From Eledone cirrhosa (taxonomy: Eukaryota), in contig OZ024765.1 in NCBI GenBank assembly GCA_964016885.1, positions 16,864,001 to 16,928,000 on the forward strand: a stretch of 64,000 nt of DNA, in the 5' to 3' direction. Below are positions 25,860 through 39,505 of this stretch, piece by piece. The position numbers and the translations under genes were made by a program. The notes under the pieces are model-generated. The model was not told where the DNA came from. It did no database searches and worked only from the letters and a program-made list of their open reading frames with translations. Within the stretch, counting starts at the first letter, position 1, and each line of letters opens with the position of its first letter.

Positions 25860-26748
25860 GAGGGTGCGGACGATATTTGTTCGCAATTTCCAACTGCTAA
25901 TTTTATGCAAATTTTCTTTACTTCCGTTATCACTCTTGTCTTCATAAAAACAGTGACTATATTTCCATTATTTATTTTCAGAATAATTGATTATGAATAA
26001 TTTTGAACCTCCAAATTTGTGGAAGAGACACGGAGTTCTTGGAATCTGCGCCAGGAGGAGAAATAAGACCAGAAGATCAACTCCCAGAACAACAGGTGGC
26101 TCGCTGTCTCATCCAAAGACGTGCCCAGAATCATGCAGACGAAGTTTCCAGCGACAACATTGGTCTTAGGTGTCGTCAGCAGTCAAGGTGACGTCATACC
26201 ACCTCACTTCTTCCCTGAGGGCCTCAAGCTGAACACCGATGACTACATCCGTGTTCTGAGCGAGGTAGTAAAGCCCTGGATCAACCAGGTAGCTGCAGGT
26301 AGGCTGTACGTGTGGCAGCAAGACTCAGCGCCCTGCCATACCAGCTGAAAGACCCAAGCCTGGCTGTCAGAAAACTTCGTCGACCACACTTCACCTGACA
26401 TCTGGCCTCCCAGCTCGCCTGACTGCAACCCCCTCGACTTCTTTATGTGGGGCGCAGTGGAACGAGACACCAACAGATCTAGCTGCAATACAAAAGATGA
26501 TCTGAAGGCCAGGATCACAAGTGCCTTTAGGGGCCTAAGTTAGGGGACAGTGACGAAGGCCTGCATCTGGTTCCGAGGGCGCCTTGAGGCCGTCATCAAA
26601 GCCAATGGCGGGTTTATCGAGTGAGATCGAAAGAACAAGTCATGAAGACAAACTGACCCAAGTTTGATAAATGAATCTTAAAAAATAAAACTACTGTGTT
26701 ATTTTTTCCTAGACAGTAATATTGCGAGCAAATATCATCCGCACCCTG
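25860..26748 (+). mobile_element. maT-family (DD37D) Tc1/mariner element, internally deleted, transposase pseudogene
   Basis: TIRs AGGGTGCGGA(C/T)GATATTTG(T/C)TCGCAAT at both ends, right end followed by TA. WQQDSAPCHT..WPPSSPDCNPLD has 37 codons between D2 and D3; in-frame stops. Confidence 0.92.
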
Positions 26749-26770
26749 TATATATATATATATATATATA

Positions 26771-26925
26771 TACTGTATTTCCCGTCCTCGAGGACGCACC
26801 CTAATTTTGACAACCAAAATTTTTTTTAAAAAAATCAAAAAACCTTTGGCCTCCAGGACATATAGTAGATTTTTGAGACTTATTTTAGGAAAAAAGTAGC
26901 ATCCTCGACGCTGGGAAATACGGTA
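26771..26925. mobile_element. pogo/Tigger-like MITE
   Basis: TA-flanked TIRs C(T/C)GTATTTCCC..GGGAAATACGG. Confidence 0.75.
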
Positions 26926-27445
26926 TATATATATTTACCCACAACTATGAGTTAAATAGTCACACCAGCCCGCAACTGGCCACTTGTGGTGAGTATGGGT
27001 ACATCCCATGACCAAAATTGAACAGAAAGTGGTGGAGGTCAACCAGGGAGGGGTTCCTTCAACAGGAGAAGGCCCTGGATTGGATTGAATATTCAGCATT
27101 TATGTAGCAGCTGATCCAAACCTGTCTCATTCTTGACCACCACAGGGCAGTACATGAATCCCAAAGTATAATTTGATCTAAATATATAGAAGCTCCCTCA
27201 TTAGCTCAAATACAGACCCTTTATTTTAACCCTTTAGCATTTACATTACTCTATATATACTATTATATTTTCATGGCAAAAGCTTTACCTCATAATATCA
27301 GCATGAGCAGCCAGTTACAGCCGGTTTAAACAGAAAGAGGTGGGAGAATTCTAGCTGGATACAGCCAGTTTAAATGCTGATGGTAGAGTGTAATTTGATG
27401 GAGATATGGCTGTTATTTCTAGCAGACTGCATAAACACATATAAC

Positions 27446-27601
27446 ACAATCATGGGCAAACTGCAACCCGTTTGGCTTTCTGAATGACACTCCTAATTTC
27501 CTAATTTAAAAATTGCCTTGAAATTTTTAGTAGTGTGCCCACTTTGTCATGATACCCCTTCCTAGGTGGCCTACTTCTCTAAAAAATGGTGCCCATGCCT
27601 A
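27446..27601. mobile_element. hAT-like MITE (degenerate)
   Basis: Ends CATGGGCA / TGCCCATG. Confidence 0.45.
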
Positions 27602-27833
27602 ACAGAGAAGCTCCCTCTCTAGTTCAAACATATACGTCCCTTTTTTTTCAGAGAGTAGGGGGTTGTAATTTGAGGCTGATTTGGCTGCTATTTCTCTAAC
27701 ATGTTGAACGAACCATGTATATGCTTACTTATTAGTTCATCATCATGTAGTATCATCATCATCGTCATCATCGTCATCATCACCATCATCATATCCAATC
27801 CAAATGTGGCCAACACTGCTGACAAAGCTAACA

Positions 27834-28079
27834 TTAGCCAGTATTCTCCTCTGTACTAGCTGCTGGTGATGATGTTGGTGGTGGCGGGTGTTGAGTGCTT
27901 TCTGCTGCCACTTTCTCGGCCGGCTGAAGAACGCGATAGGATGCAACGGTGTCTGAGCTTGTGCTGGGTTGACGGCCTGACGATGTCGCAGTCTCGGTGC
28001 TCGTGCCAGGCTGCACATCTTCGTCATCGACAACGCCGTATGTCCGATTCTTCAGTTTCTTCCTACGATTCAGAATTGA
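27834..28079 (-). CDS. Putative last coding exon SILNRRKKLKNRTYGVVDDEDVQPGTS..EENTG*, product unknown
   Basis: Strong acceptor TTTTACTTTCTATTTCAG ending 28080; 81 open codons to TAA; GC-rich non-repetitive island; basic NLS-like stretch then S/T/P-rich tail. Confidence 0.75.
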   Translation of the reverse strand, partial: SILNRRKKLKNRTYGVVDDEDVQPGTSTETATSSGRQPSTSSDTVASYRVLQPAEKVAAESTQHPPPPTSSPAASTEENTG

Positions 28080-28119
28080 CTGAAATAGAAAGTAAAACAT
28101 CAAACATAAGACTTAAGAT

Positions 28120-28760
28120 TATCATCATCATCATCATTGTCATCACTATCATCAGTCATCACCATCATCAGTCATCACCATTGTCATCACCATCATCAGT
28201 CATCAGTCATCATCATTGTCATCACTATCATCAGTCATCATCATCATCATTGTCATCATCATCATCATCATTGTCATCATCACTGTCATCATCATCATCA
28301 TTGTCACCACCATTGTCACCATCATCATCATCAACACAGTCATCATCATTGTCATCACCATCATCATCATCATCACCATTGTCATCATCATTGTCATCAT
28401 CACCATCATTGTTACCATCATCATCATCATTGTCATCACCATCATCAGTCATCATCATCATCATTGTCATCATCATCATCACCATCATCAGTCATCATCA
28501 TCATCACCATCATCATCATTGTCATCATCACCATCATCAGTCATCATCATCATCATTGTTACCATCATCATCACCACTGCCATCACCACTGTCACCATCA
28601 TAATCACCATTGTCACTATCAGTCATCATCATCATCAACACGGTTAGTATCATCACAATCACTGTTATCAACACTTTTAATCATCACATCATCACCATCA
28701 TCATCACACCCACCACCTTCAATACCATAATCATTACCCCACCACCATCATTATCTTCAC
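28120..28760. repeat. (CAT)n-based microsatellite
   Basis: Directly visible. Confidence 0.92.
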
Positions 28761-28887
28761 CACCCTTGTAATCATCAATACCCCTCCCTCCCATCACCAT
28801 AAGTTAAGCCCCTTAACAACCCGCTTCGAACCATCTCTGGTCCTATAACCTCACCATCACCATTGTCTTTGCCAGCATCCCCATCAT

Positions 28888-31468
28888 CCAGCTGGTAATA
28901 CACACATCCAGGACCACACACAACATACAAGCAGGTAATACACACATCTACGACCACATACAACACACACATCTTGGACCACATACAACACACAAGCAGG
29001 TAATACACACATCTAGGACAATATACAACACACACGCAGGTAATACACACATCTAGGACCACATACAACACACAAGCAGGTAATACACACATCTAGGACG
29101 ACATACAACACACAAGCAGGTAATACACACGTCTAGGACCACACACAACACACAAGCAGGTAATACACACATCTAGGACCACATACAACACACAAGCAGG
29201 TAATACACACATCTACGACCACATACAACACACACGTAGGTAATACACACATCTAGGACCGCATACAACACACACGCAGGTAATACACACATCTAGGACC
29301 ACATACAACACACAAGCAGGTAATACACTCATCTAGGACCACATACAACACACACGCAGGTAATACACACATCTAGGACCATATATAACACACAAACAGG
29401 TAATACACACATTTAGGACCACATACAACACACAAGCAGGTAATACACACATCTAGGACCACACACAACATACCAGCTGGTAATACACACATCTAGGACC
29501 ACATACAACACACAAGCAGGTAATACACACATCTAGGACCACATACAACACACACGCAGGTAATACACACATCTAGGACCATATATAACACACAAGCAGG
29601 TAATACACACATACAGGACCATATACAACACACAAGCAGGTAATACATACATCTAGGACCATATACAACACACAAGCAGGTAATACACACATCTAGGACG
29701 ACATACAACACACACGCAGGTAATACACACATCTAGGACCACATACAACACGCAAGCAGGTAATACACACATCTAGGGCCATATACAACACACAAGCAGG
29801 TAATACACACATCCAGGACCACACACAATACACAAGCAGGTAATACACACATCTAGGACCACATACAACACACCAGCAGGTAATACATGTCTAGGACCAC
29901 ATACAACACACAAGCAGGTAATACACACATCTAGTACAACATACAACACACCAGCAGGTAATACACACATCTAGGACCACATACAACACACAAGCAGGTA
30001 ATACACACATCTATGACCACATACAACACACAAGCAGGTAATACACACATCTAGGACCACATACAACACACAAGCAGGTAATACACACATTTAGGACCAC
30101 ATACAACATACAAGCAGGTAATACAGACATCTAGGACCACATACAACACACACGCAGGTAATACACACATCTAGGACCACATACAACACGCATGCATGTA
30201 ATACACTCATCTAGGACCACATACAACACACAAGCAGGTAATACACACATCTAGGACCATATATAACACACAAGAATGTAATACACACATATAGGATCAT
30301 ATACAACACACAAGCAGGTAATACACACATCTAGGACCACATACAACACACAAGCAGGTAATACACACATCTAGGACCATATACAACACACAAGCAGGTA
30401 ATACACACATCTAGGACCATATATAACACACAAGCAGATGATACACACATCTAGGACCACATACAGCACACAAGCAGGTAATACACACATATAGGACCAT
30501 ATACAACACACAAGCAGGTAATACACACATCTAGGACCATATACAATACACAAGCAGATAATACATACATCTAGGACCACATTCTACACACCAGCAGGTA
30601 ATACACACATCTAGGACCATATACAACACACAAGCAGGTAATACATACATTTAGAACCATATACAACACACAAGCAGGTAATACACACATCTAGGACCAC
30701 ATACAACACACAAGCAGGTAATACATACATCTAGGACCACATACAAAACACCAGCAGGTAATACACACGTCTAGGACCACATACAACACACAAGCAGGTA
30801 ATACATACATCTAGGACCACATACAACACACAAGCAGGTAATACATACGTCTAGGACCACATACAACACACACGCTGGTAATACACACATCTAGGACCAC
30901 ATACAACACACAAGCTGGTAATACACACATCTAGGACCACATACAACACACCAGCAGGGAATACACACATCTAGGACCACATACAACACACAAGCAGGTA
31001 ATACACACATCTAGGACCATATACAACACACATCTAGGACCATATACAACACACAAGCAGGTAATACTCACATCTAGGACCACATGCAACAGACAAGCAG
31101 GTAATACCCACATCTAGGACCACATACAACACACAAGCAGGTAATACATACATCTAGGACCACATACAACACACACGCAGGTAATACACACATCTAGGAC
31201 CACATACAACACACAACCAGATAATACACACATCTAGGACCATATACAACACACAAGCAGGTAATACACACATCTAGGACCATATATAACACACAAGCAG
31301 GTAATAAACACATCTAGGACCACATACAACACACAAGCAGGTAATACACACATCTAGGACCACATACAACACACAAGCAGGTAATACACACATCTAGGAC
31401 CATATATAACACACAAGCAGGTAATAAACACATCTAGGACCACATACAACACACAAGCAGGTAATACA
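28888..31468. repeat. 40-bp minisatellite, about 64 copies
   Basis: Unit gcaggtaatacacacatctaggaccacatacaacacacaa, contiguous with no spacers. Confidence 0.97.
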
Positions 31469-31532
31469 GATGGACAAACGAACTGCTGCCAGAACAAAAG
31501 ATAACGATATATTGCAACCAATTATACATATA

Positions 31533-31579
<47 letters not shown>

Positions 31580-31699
31580 ATATATGTATGAATGAAAAGA
31601 TTCAGGACCCGAACGGCTGACCTCCAGCCGTGTTGGCAGAGAGGTCCGAACAAACATCACATATATATATATAAATATATAAAAATTGTAATGACCCCA

Positions 31700-32015
31700 A
31701 AAATATCATCATTATTAGCGGAGGTTAACTTTATCTTTGACCCTTACGGGGTCGATCAAATAAAGTACCAGTAATGTACTGAGATAATTGCTGGCCTTGT
31801 GCCAAAAGTAGAAACAATTATTACTTCGGTGGATTGGCAGTATCGGTAGAGGATCGGACGCCATGCTTTGATGCATAGAGTTACGGCCCTTGCCATTCTG
31901 ATTTCAAATCCCGCCGAGGTTAACTTTGCCTTTCATCCTTACGGGGTCGATAAAATAAAGTACCAGTAATACACTGAGTATTTGCTAGCCTTGTGCCAAA
32001 AGTAGAAACAATTAT
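31700..32015 (+). mobile_element. SINE pair (same family as 6280)
   Basis: Reverse complement of the core motif, twice. Confidence 0.8.
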
Positions 32016-32191
32016 TACTTTTCTAAGAATATAATAAATAATATAATGCTTACAGAATGAAAATATAAACATGTAATAAATACAATTAATTACTGCTATA
32101 TATAAATATATAAATACACGAATATTATAAGACAAGTATTTATGTAAATAAGTATATACACACACGTATGTATATATATAAATATATACTC

Positions 32192-32241
<50 letters not shown>

Positions 32242-32473
32242 ATTGTAACGTGATAATAAACCCCAGATAAATATGAAACGTCATAAAACTATAAAATAAT
32301 GTATAAATACGTTTGAGTGTGTTTTGTTTACGGAATGCCGGCATGAAGACTGTCACGTGAGGATAACATAGAAGGGGAGATAATTCTCATGTCACGTGAT
32401 ATCACTACATATATATACACACGCACTCTCTAGTTTTTGATAGACACACATTCTCTCTCTCTATGATATATAT

Positions 32474-32518
<45 letters not shown>

Positions 32519-32552
32519 TAAATAAAAAAATATATATACATGTATATATATA

Positions 32553-32741
32553 GGAAAAGAGTCAGGACCCCAACGGCTGAGCTCCGGCCGTTTCGACAGC
32601 TAGTTCAGAACTAGATGTCGAAACGGCCGGAGCTCAGCCGTCGGGGTCCTGACTCTTTTCTGTTCCCCATTCTACTACCCGAAGTATCGAGTACTCCGGT
32701 GCGTTATGGTCCACCTGGTTCCTTACCACACTTACTTCGTT

Positions 32742-32780
<39 letters not shown>

Positions 32781-33097
32781 AGATCCCGTTAAGGGTGAAA
32801 GCAGCGATTCTTTGCTTAAACTTTAATCTGTTATTTTAATAAATAAATATATATATATATATATATATAAACAGTTTCTTCGTTATATATATATATATAT
32901 ATATAACAAAGAAAGTGTGGTAAGGAACCAGGTGGAGCATAACACACCAGGGTGCTCGATACTTAGGGTAGTAGAGTGGGTAACAGGAAAAGAGTCATGA
33001 CCCCGACGGCTGAGCTCCGGCCGACTCGTCAGCAAGATCCGAACTGTTTGGGATGATCTAACTGTCGAAACGGCCGGAGCTCAGCCGTCGGGGTCCA
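32553..33097. mobile_element. Tail-to-tail pair of palindromic hammerhead-remnant elements (32553-32741 +, 32905-33097 -)
   Basis: GAAACGGC-CGGAGCTCA-GCCGTC-GGGGTCC in inverted arms; CTGACGA on minus at 33026-33032 preceded by GGATCTTG. Confidence 0.7.
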
Positions 33098-33122
33098 TAT
33101 ATATATATATATATATATATAT

Positions 33123-33317
33123 AAGTTTTAATATAGAAGACCTTCTACAGGACTAGAACTGTTTCATTCGTGAGAAATCATCAGGAAGCTCCTGATGATT
33201 TCTCACGAATGAAACAGTTCTAGTCCTGTAGAAGCCCTTCTATATTAAAACTTTTATACTCTGCTATGAATTGAGTACCTTACTTACTGTGGTTACCTCC
33301 GATTCAACCCGGAATAA
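33123..33317 (+). ncRNA. Back-to-back type I hammerheads in a palindromic element (both strands)
   Basis: CTGATGA 33192-33198, stem II TTC-TCAC-GAA, GAAACAG-TTCTAGTC-CTGT, GTA triplet, GAAGCCC. Inverted copy 33123-33190 has core at 33178-33184 and stem I CTTC/GAAG. Confidence 0.8.
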
Positions 33318-33401
33318 CACACACATACACATATATACACGCATACACATACATACACACGCATACACACACACGCATACACACACACACACACACGCAC
33401 G

Positions 33402-33487
<86 letters not shown>

Positions 33488-33510
33488 CATATATATATAT
33501 ATGTATATAT

Positions 33511-34905
33511 AGCCCCCTCCTATTTATTATTGCCCTTCAGGCTATAACAGAGGAGTTCAAGACCGGTTGCCCATGGGAACTCCTATACGCAGATCATCTA
33601 ACGCTCATAGCTGAATCAATGGCTGAACTAGAGAAGAAATTCCAAACATGGAAGCATGGCCTAGAATCAAAAGGCCTTAAAATTAACTTGTCTAAGACTA
33701 AAGTTATAGTATGTAGGAAGGAAAATAGGGCACTGGTCCCTTCTGGGAAATGGCCATACTCAGTGTGTAGGCAGAAACTCCATTTTATGTCCCAAATGCA
33801 AAGTATGGGTGCATAAAAGATGTAGTGGGATCACAGGGAAGCTAACTAAGAACATAGATTTTATATGTGGCCGGTTCTCAGGTGCAATAAGTAGTAGCAA
33901 GTGCCCACAGAATACTAGCTCATTCCATTGCCCAGATGGTTCTATAGAAATAGTGGACACCTTGCGTTACCTCGGTGACAAAATCAGCAGTGGGGGAGGG
34001 TGCTCTGAAAGTACAGTAGCTAGAGTCAGAACGGGATGGGAAAAGTTCAGAGAGCTTATACCACTAGTGGCCGCTAAAGGTTTCTCTCTAAAAATGAAAG
34101 GCAGACTATGATGCCTGCATACGAACAGCAATGTTACATGGTAGCGAGACATGGGCATTGTGTGCAGAGGATCTACGCAGACTGGAGAGGAACAAAGCTT
34201 GCATGTTCCGTTGGATGTATGAACGGCAAAGCATAAGTGAACTAAGTGAGAAATTAGAAATAAGAGGGATCAGATGCTGTTTATTCGAGAGAAGACTACG
34301 TTGGTATGGTCACGTGATGCGCATGTAAGACGACAGCTGTATAAAAATGTGCAGGGTGATCAAAATAGACCGTAGCCACGGAGTAGGCAGACTCAGAAAA
34401 AACCTGGGACGACTTGTTAAATTCCGACCTTACACACTTACACCTCTCCAAGACAATGTCACTGGACCGTGATCTTTGGCGCTACGCAGTAATACAGAAG
34501 ACCCGCCTCTTGCCTAATCACAAAGCGAAACCTACAGTCAGTAGGCACCTCTTAATCAAAATACACCCCATCCTTCTACCCCTACCCCCATCTACACCAC
34601 CCCTTCCGATGTAAAGTTATGTTGGTACCACAACATCCAGTCCTAAATAAATGAGATCATGTAGGTGTCACGACAAAAAAAAACCCCACACAGTCCACGC
34701 TGTAATGTGGCCGTGTAGGTAACACGGTAAAAACATCCCAGTCCACACTGTAAACGTGGTTGGTGTTAGGAAGGGCATCCAACCGTAGAAAACCTGCCAG
34801 ACAGTCCTACATGAGCAAGACAACCAATCTTGCCTCAAGTGGGACAATCCCCGTATAAACCCATGCTAGCATGGAAGATAGACGTGAAACGATGATGATG
34901 ATGAT
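33511..34905 (+). mobile_element. 5'-truncated RTE LINE with 3' UTR and (GAT)n tail
   Basis: SPLLFIIAL..PWELLYADHL..GLKINLSKTKV, LRYLGDKISSGGGC, LHGSETW, RRLRWYGHVMRM; frameshifts. Confidence 0.92.
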
Positions 34906-34928
34906 ATATATATATATATATATATATA

Positions 34929-35129
34929 GGAACGAGTAGGACCCCGACGGCTGAGCTTAAGCCGTTTCGACGGCTAATTCTGGACTAGAATTAGTCCAGA
35001 ATTAGCCGTCGAAACGGCTTGAGCTCAGCCGTCGGGGCCCTACTCGTTCCTATTACCCACTCTACTACCCTAAGTATTGAGTACTTTGGTGCGTTATGGT
35101 CCACCTGGTTCCTTACCACATTTCCTTCG

Positions 35130-35131
<2 letters not shown>
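34929..35131 (+). mobile_element. Palindromic hammerhead-remnant element (GAAACGGC family) in (TA)n
   Basis: Inverted arms 34929-35051 centred near 34990; conserved tail ending ttcgtta. Confidence 0.75.
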
Positions 35132-35196
<65 letters not shown>

Positions 35197-35348
35197 CGAG
35201 GGCAATCCGAAAAGTAAGGTCTCCAAAGCGATGAGGGCGCAGAGAAACTGTTCGTACGGCTGTTGGCAACACTGTTGTGATTGGTGCTTCCTTCACTCCC
35301 AAACAATCATGCGCGCGCTTCGCTGGGATGCTCAATCTTGGCTTGGCA
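35197..35348. mobile_element. Mariner terminal fragment
   Basis: TA|CGAGGGCAATCCGAAAAGTAAG TIR-like end. Confidence 0.55.
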
Positions 35349-35353
35349 CTACA

Positions 35354-35390
<37 letters not shown>

Positions 35391-37095
35391 TCACTACTAC
35401 TGCTACTACTACCACTACTACTGCTACTACTACCACTACCGCCACTACTACTACTACTACTACTACTACTAGTACTACTACAACCACTACTACTACTACT
35501 ACTACTATTACCACCATCACTACCACCACTAATACTACTACCACTACTACTAGTACCACCACCACCACCACCACTACCAGTACTACTATCACTACTACTA
35601 CCACTACCACCACCACCACTACCACCACCTTTACCACCACTATAACTAATACTACTACTACTGCCACTACTACTACTGCCACTACTACCACCACCACTAC
35701 TACTACCACTATAACCACCACCACTACTACTACCAATATTACCACCACTACTACTACTACTACCACTTCTACTACTACTACCACCAGCACTACCACTAAT
35801 ACTAATACTAGTACAACCACCACCACTACTACTACTACTACCACTACTACTACCACTACTACCACTACTAGTACATCTACTACTACTACTATTGCTACCA
35901 CTCCTACTACTACTACTACCACTACTACTACCACCACCACTACAACTACTACTACTACTACTACAACTACTATCACCACCACTATTACCACTACTATCAC
36001 CACTACTACCACCACCACCACCACTACTACCACTACCACTACTACCACCACCACTACTACCACTACTACTACCACAACTACTACTACTGCCCCTATTACT
36101 ACTCCTACCACTACCACTACTATTACCACAACCACCACTACTACTACCACTAATACTACCACCACCACTACGACTACTACCACCAATACTACCACTACCA
36201 CTACTACCACCACCACTACCACCACCACCACTACCACTACTACCACCACTACTACCACTACTACTACCACCACCACTACCACCACTACCACCACTACTAC
36301 TACCACCACCACTACCACTATTACCACCACTACTACTACCACAACTACCACCACTACCACCACTAACTCTACTACCACCACCAATACCACTACCACCACC
36401 ACTACTACTACCACCACCACTACTACCATCACTACTACCACCACCACCACCCCTACTATTACCACTATTACCACCACCACCACTACCACCACCACTATTA
36501 CCACCACCACCACCACTACCACCACTACTACTACCACCACCACCGCCCCTACTACTACCACCACCACCACTACTACCACTTCTACTACCACCACCACTAC
36601 TACCACTACCACCACCACCACCACTACTATCACCACCACCACCACCCCTACTACTACCACCACCACCACTACCACCACTACCACCACCACCCCTACCACT
36701 ACCACCACTACCACTACCACCACTACTACTACCACTACCACTACCACCACTACCACCACCACCACCACTCCTACTACCACCACCACCACCACTACTACTA
36801 CTACTACCACCACCACCACCACCCCTACTACTTCCACCACCACCACAACTACTACTACCACTACTACCATTATCACAACCACTACTACCACCACCACCAC
36901 TACCACCACTACCACCACTAACACTACCACCACCACCACCACTACTACCACCACCACTACCACCACCACTACCACCACCACCACCACCACCACTACCACC
37001 ACTACCACCACTAACACTACCACCACCACCACTACTACCATCACCACCACTACCACCACCCCCACCACTACCACCGCCCCCACCACCACTACCAT
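35349..37095. repeat. (ACT/ACC)n trinucleotide array
   Basis: Directly visible. Confidence 0.95.
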
Positions 37096-37339
37096 ATCAC
37101 ACAACATACAGTCAAGCTAAATATCATCTTCAAATGTTATGAAACAGAACCAGTTTCAGTTGAAATAATTAAACTGTAGTTATGGCTGACAATAAAAGAC
37201 AATGAGAGTGATCTCCCTTGGACTGTTGAGCCGAGTTGCTTTAATATCTTGGTTGGTTGTTCAATGGAAACAGCGGAAAATTAGCTAGAGTAACAAGATA
37301 TTTTAAATAATTATAGGCACATAGACACACACACACGTG

Positions 37340-37340
37340 T

Positions 37341-37431
<91 letters not shown>

Positions 37432-38057
37432 CGTGCGTGTATGTGCGTGCTTAGTCTTGCTTCTTCAAACCAAGAATTAGAAGACCTCACAACCATAGTC
37501 ACTCCCTCTGTGTATGTGTGTGAGTCAGTTTGTGTGTGTGTGTGAATATATATATATATGTGTATGTATGTGTGTGTGTGTGAGAGTCAGTGTGTATGTG
37601 TGTGTATATATATATATGCGTCTATGTATGTGTGTGTGTGTCTGTGTCAGTGTGTATGTGTATATATATATGTGTGTGTGTGTGTCTGTGAGTCAGTGTG
37701 TGTATGTGTGTATATATATATGTGTGTATTTATATGTGTATTTATGTGTGTGTGTGTGTCTGTGAGTCATTGTGTGTATGTATACATATATATATATATA
37801 TGTATGTATGTGTGTGTGTGTTTCTGTGAGTCAATGTGTGTATGTGTATGTAGTGTGTGTGTATGTGAGTCAGTGTGTGTATCTGTATATATATATATGT
37901 GTGTGTATGTATGTGTGTGTGTCAGTGTGTATATGTGTGTATATATATGTGTATAGACGTGTCTGTGTATGTGTGTGCGTGTGTGTGTGTCTGTGAGTCA
38001 GTGTGTGTATGTGTATATATATATATATGTGTGTGTGTGTGTCTGAGTCAGTGTATG

Positions 38058-38108
<51 letters not shown>

Positions 38109-38125
38109 ATGTGTGTGAGTCAGTG

Positions 38126-38171
<46 letters not shown>

Positions 38172-38341
38172 GTGTGTGTGTGTGTGTGTAGACGTGTCTG
38201 TGTATGTGTGTGAGTCAGTGTTTGATGTATATATATATATATATATATGTGTGTATGTGTGTGAGTGTGTGCGTGTCTGTGAGTCAGTGTATGTATATAT
38301 ATGTGTGTGTGTGTATATGTGTGTCTGTGAGTCAGTGTATG

Positions 38342-38372
<31 letters not shown>

Positions 38373-38495
38373 AGACGTGTGTGTGTGTGTGAGTAGACGT
38401 GTCTGTGTGTGTGTGTAGACGTGTCTGTGTGTGTAGACGTGTGTGTTTGTGTGTGTGTGTGTGTGTGTAGACGTTTCCGTGTGTGTGTGTGTGTT
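37340..38495. repeat. (GT)n/(AT)n compound tract with recurring TGAGTCA
   Basis: Directly visible. Confidence 0.9.
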
Positions 38496-38687
38496 TGTTG
38501 AACAATGAAAATAAGACATTATGCAAAGATAGGTTGTGGAAGAGAGTGAGACGGATCACAGATCTAGCTTAGTTTACCGAGACTATCAATATTTTAAGTA
38601 AGTTATGATAAAACAGAATCTCCCTGAGTTGAACAAAATAAACTGTAGTTATAACTGACAATGTATGTAGATTCCATCATAAATAAG

Positions 38688-38875
38688 TGTTTCTACTTTC
38701 GGCAAAAGGCCAGCAATTACCCCAGTGCATTACTGGTACTTTATTTTATCGACCCCGTAAGGATGAAAGGCAAAGTTAACCTCGGCGGGATTTGAACTCA
38801 GTAAGCAAAGGGCCATAACTCTGTGCTGCAAAGCATGTTGGCTGATGCTCTACCGATACTGCCAATCAACCGCCT
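38688..38875 (-). mobile_element. SINE (same family as 6280)
   Basis: Core and head motifs. Confidence 0.85.
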
Positions 38876-38989
38876 TATCATACATAATAAGACAATGAGA
38901 GTGATCTCCCTTTGACAGTTGAGCTGAGCTGAGAGGTTTTAATACAAGTGGCTATGGAATTGAAACAGCTATAAACAAGGTATTCAAAA

Positions 38990-39036
<47 letters not shown>

Positions 39037-39074
39037 GTCAAACATTTTCCTATATATATATATATATATATATA

Positions 39075-39266
39075 GGAAAATGTTTGACCCCGACGGCTGA
39101 GCTCAAGCCGTTTCGACGGCTCTGTCTGGAGTCCAGAAATAGCCGTCGAAACGGCTTGAGCTCTGCCGTCGGGGTCAAATATTTTCCTATTACCCACTCT
39201 ATTCCCCTAAGTATTGAGTACTTTGGTGCGTTATGGTCCATCTGGTTCCGTACCACACCTCCTTCG

Positions 39267-39322
<56 letters not shown>

Positions 39323-39505
39323 CATAAAGGTGTGGTAAGATACCAGGAGGACCATAACACACCAGAGTACTCAATACTTGGGGTAGTAGAGTGGGTAATA
39401 GGAAAAGAGTCAGGACCCCGATGGCTGAGCTCCGGCCGTTTCGACAACTAGATCCGTTCGGATCTAGCTGTCGAAACGGCTGGAGCTCAGCCGTCGGGGT
39501 CCTGA

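Noticed and set aside
27866-28730. His/Ser-rich + strand ORFs
   Set aside because: (CAT)n microsatellite plus the antisense of the minus-strand exon.
28888-31468. 40-bp array as a CRISPR array or Cys/Val-rich protein
   Set aside because: Units are contiguous with no unique spacers, there are no cas genes, the DNA is eukaryotic, and the unit length is not a multiple of 3, with frequent stops.
35231-37142. 629-aa poly-Thr and 591-aa poly-Val ORFs
   Set aside because: Pure trinucleotide repeat; the N-terminus comes from a mariner terminal fragment.
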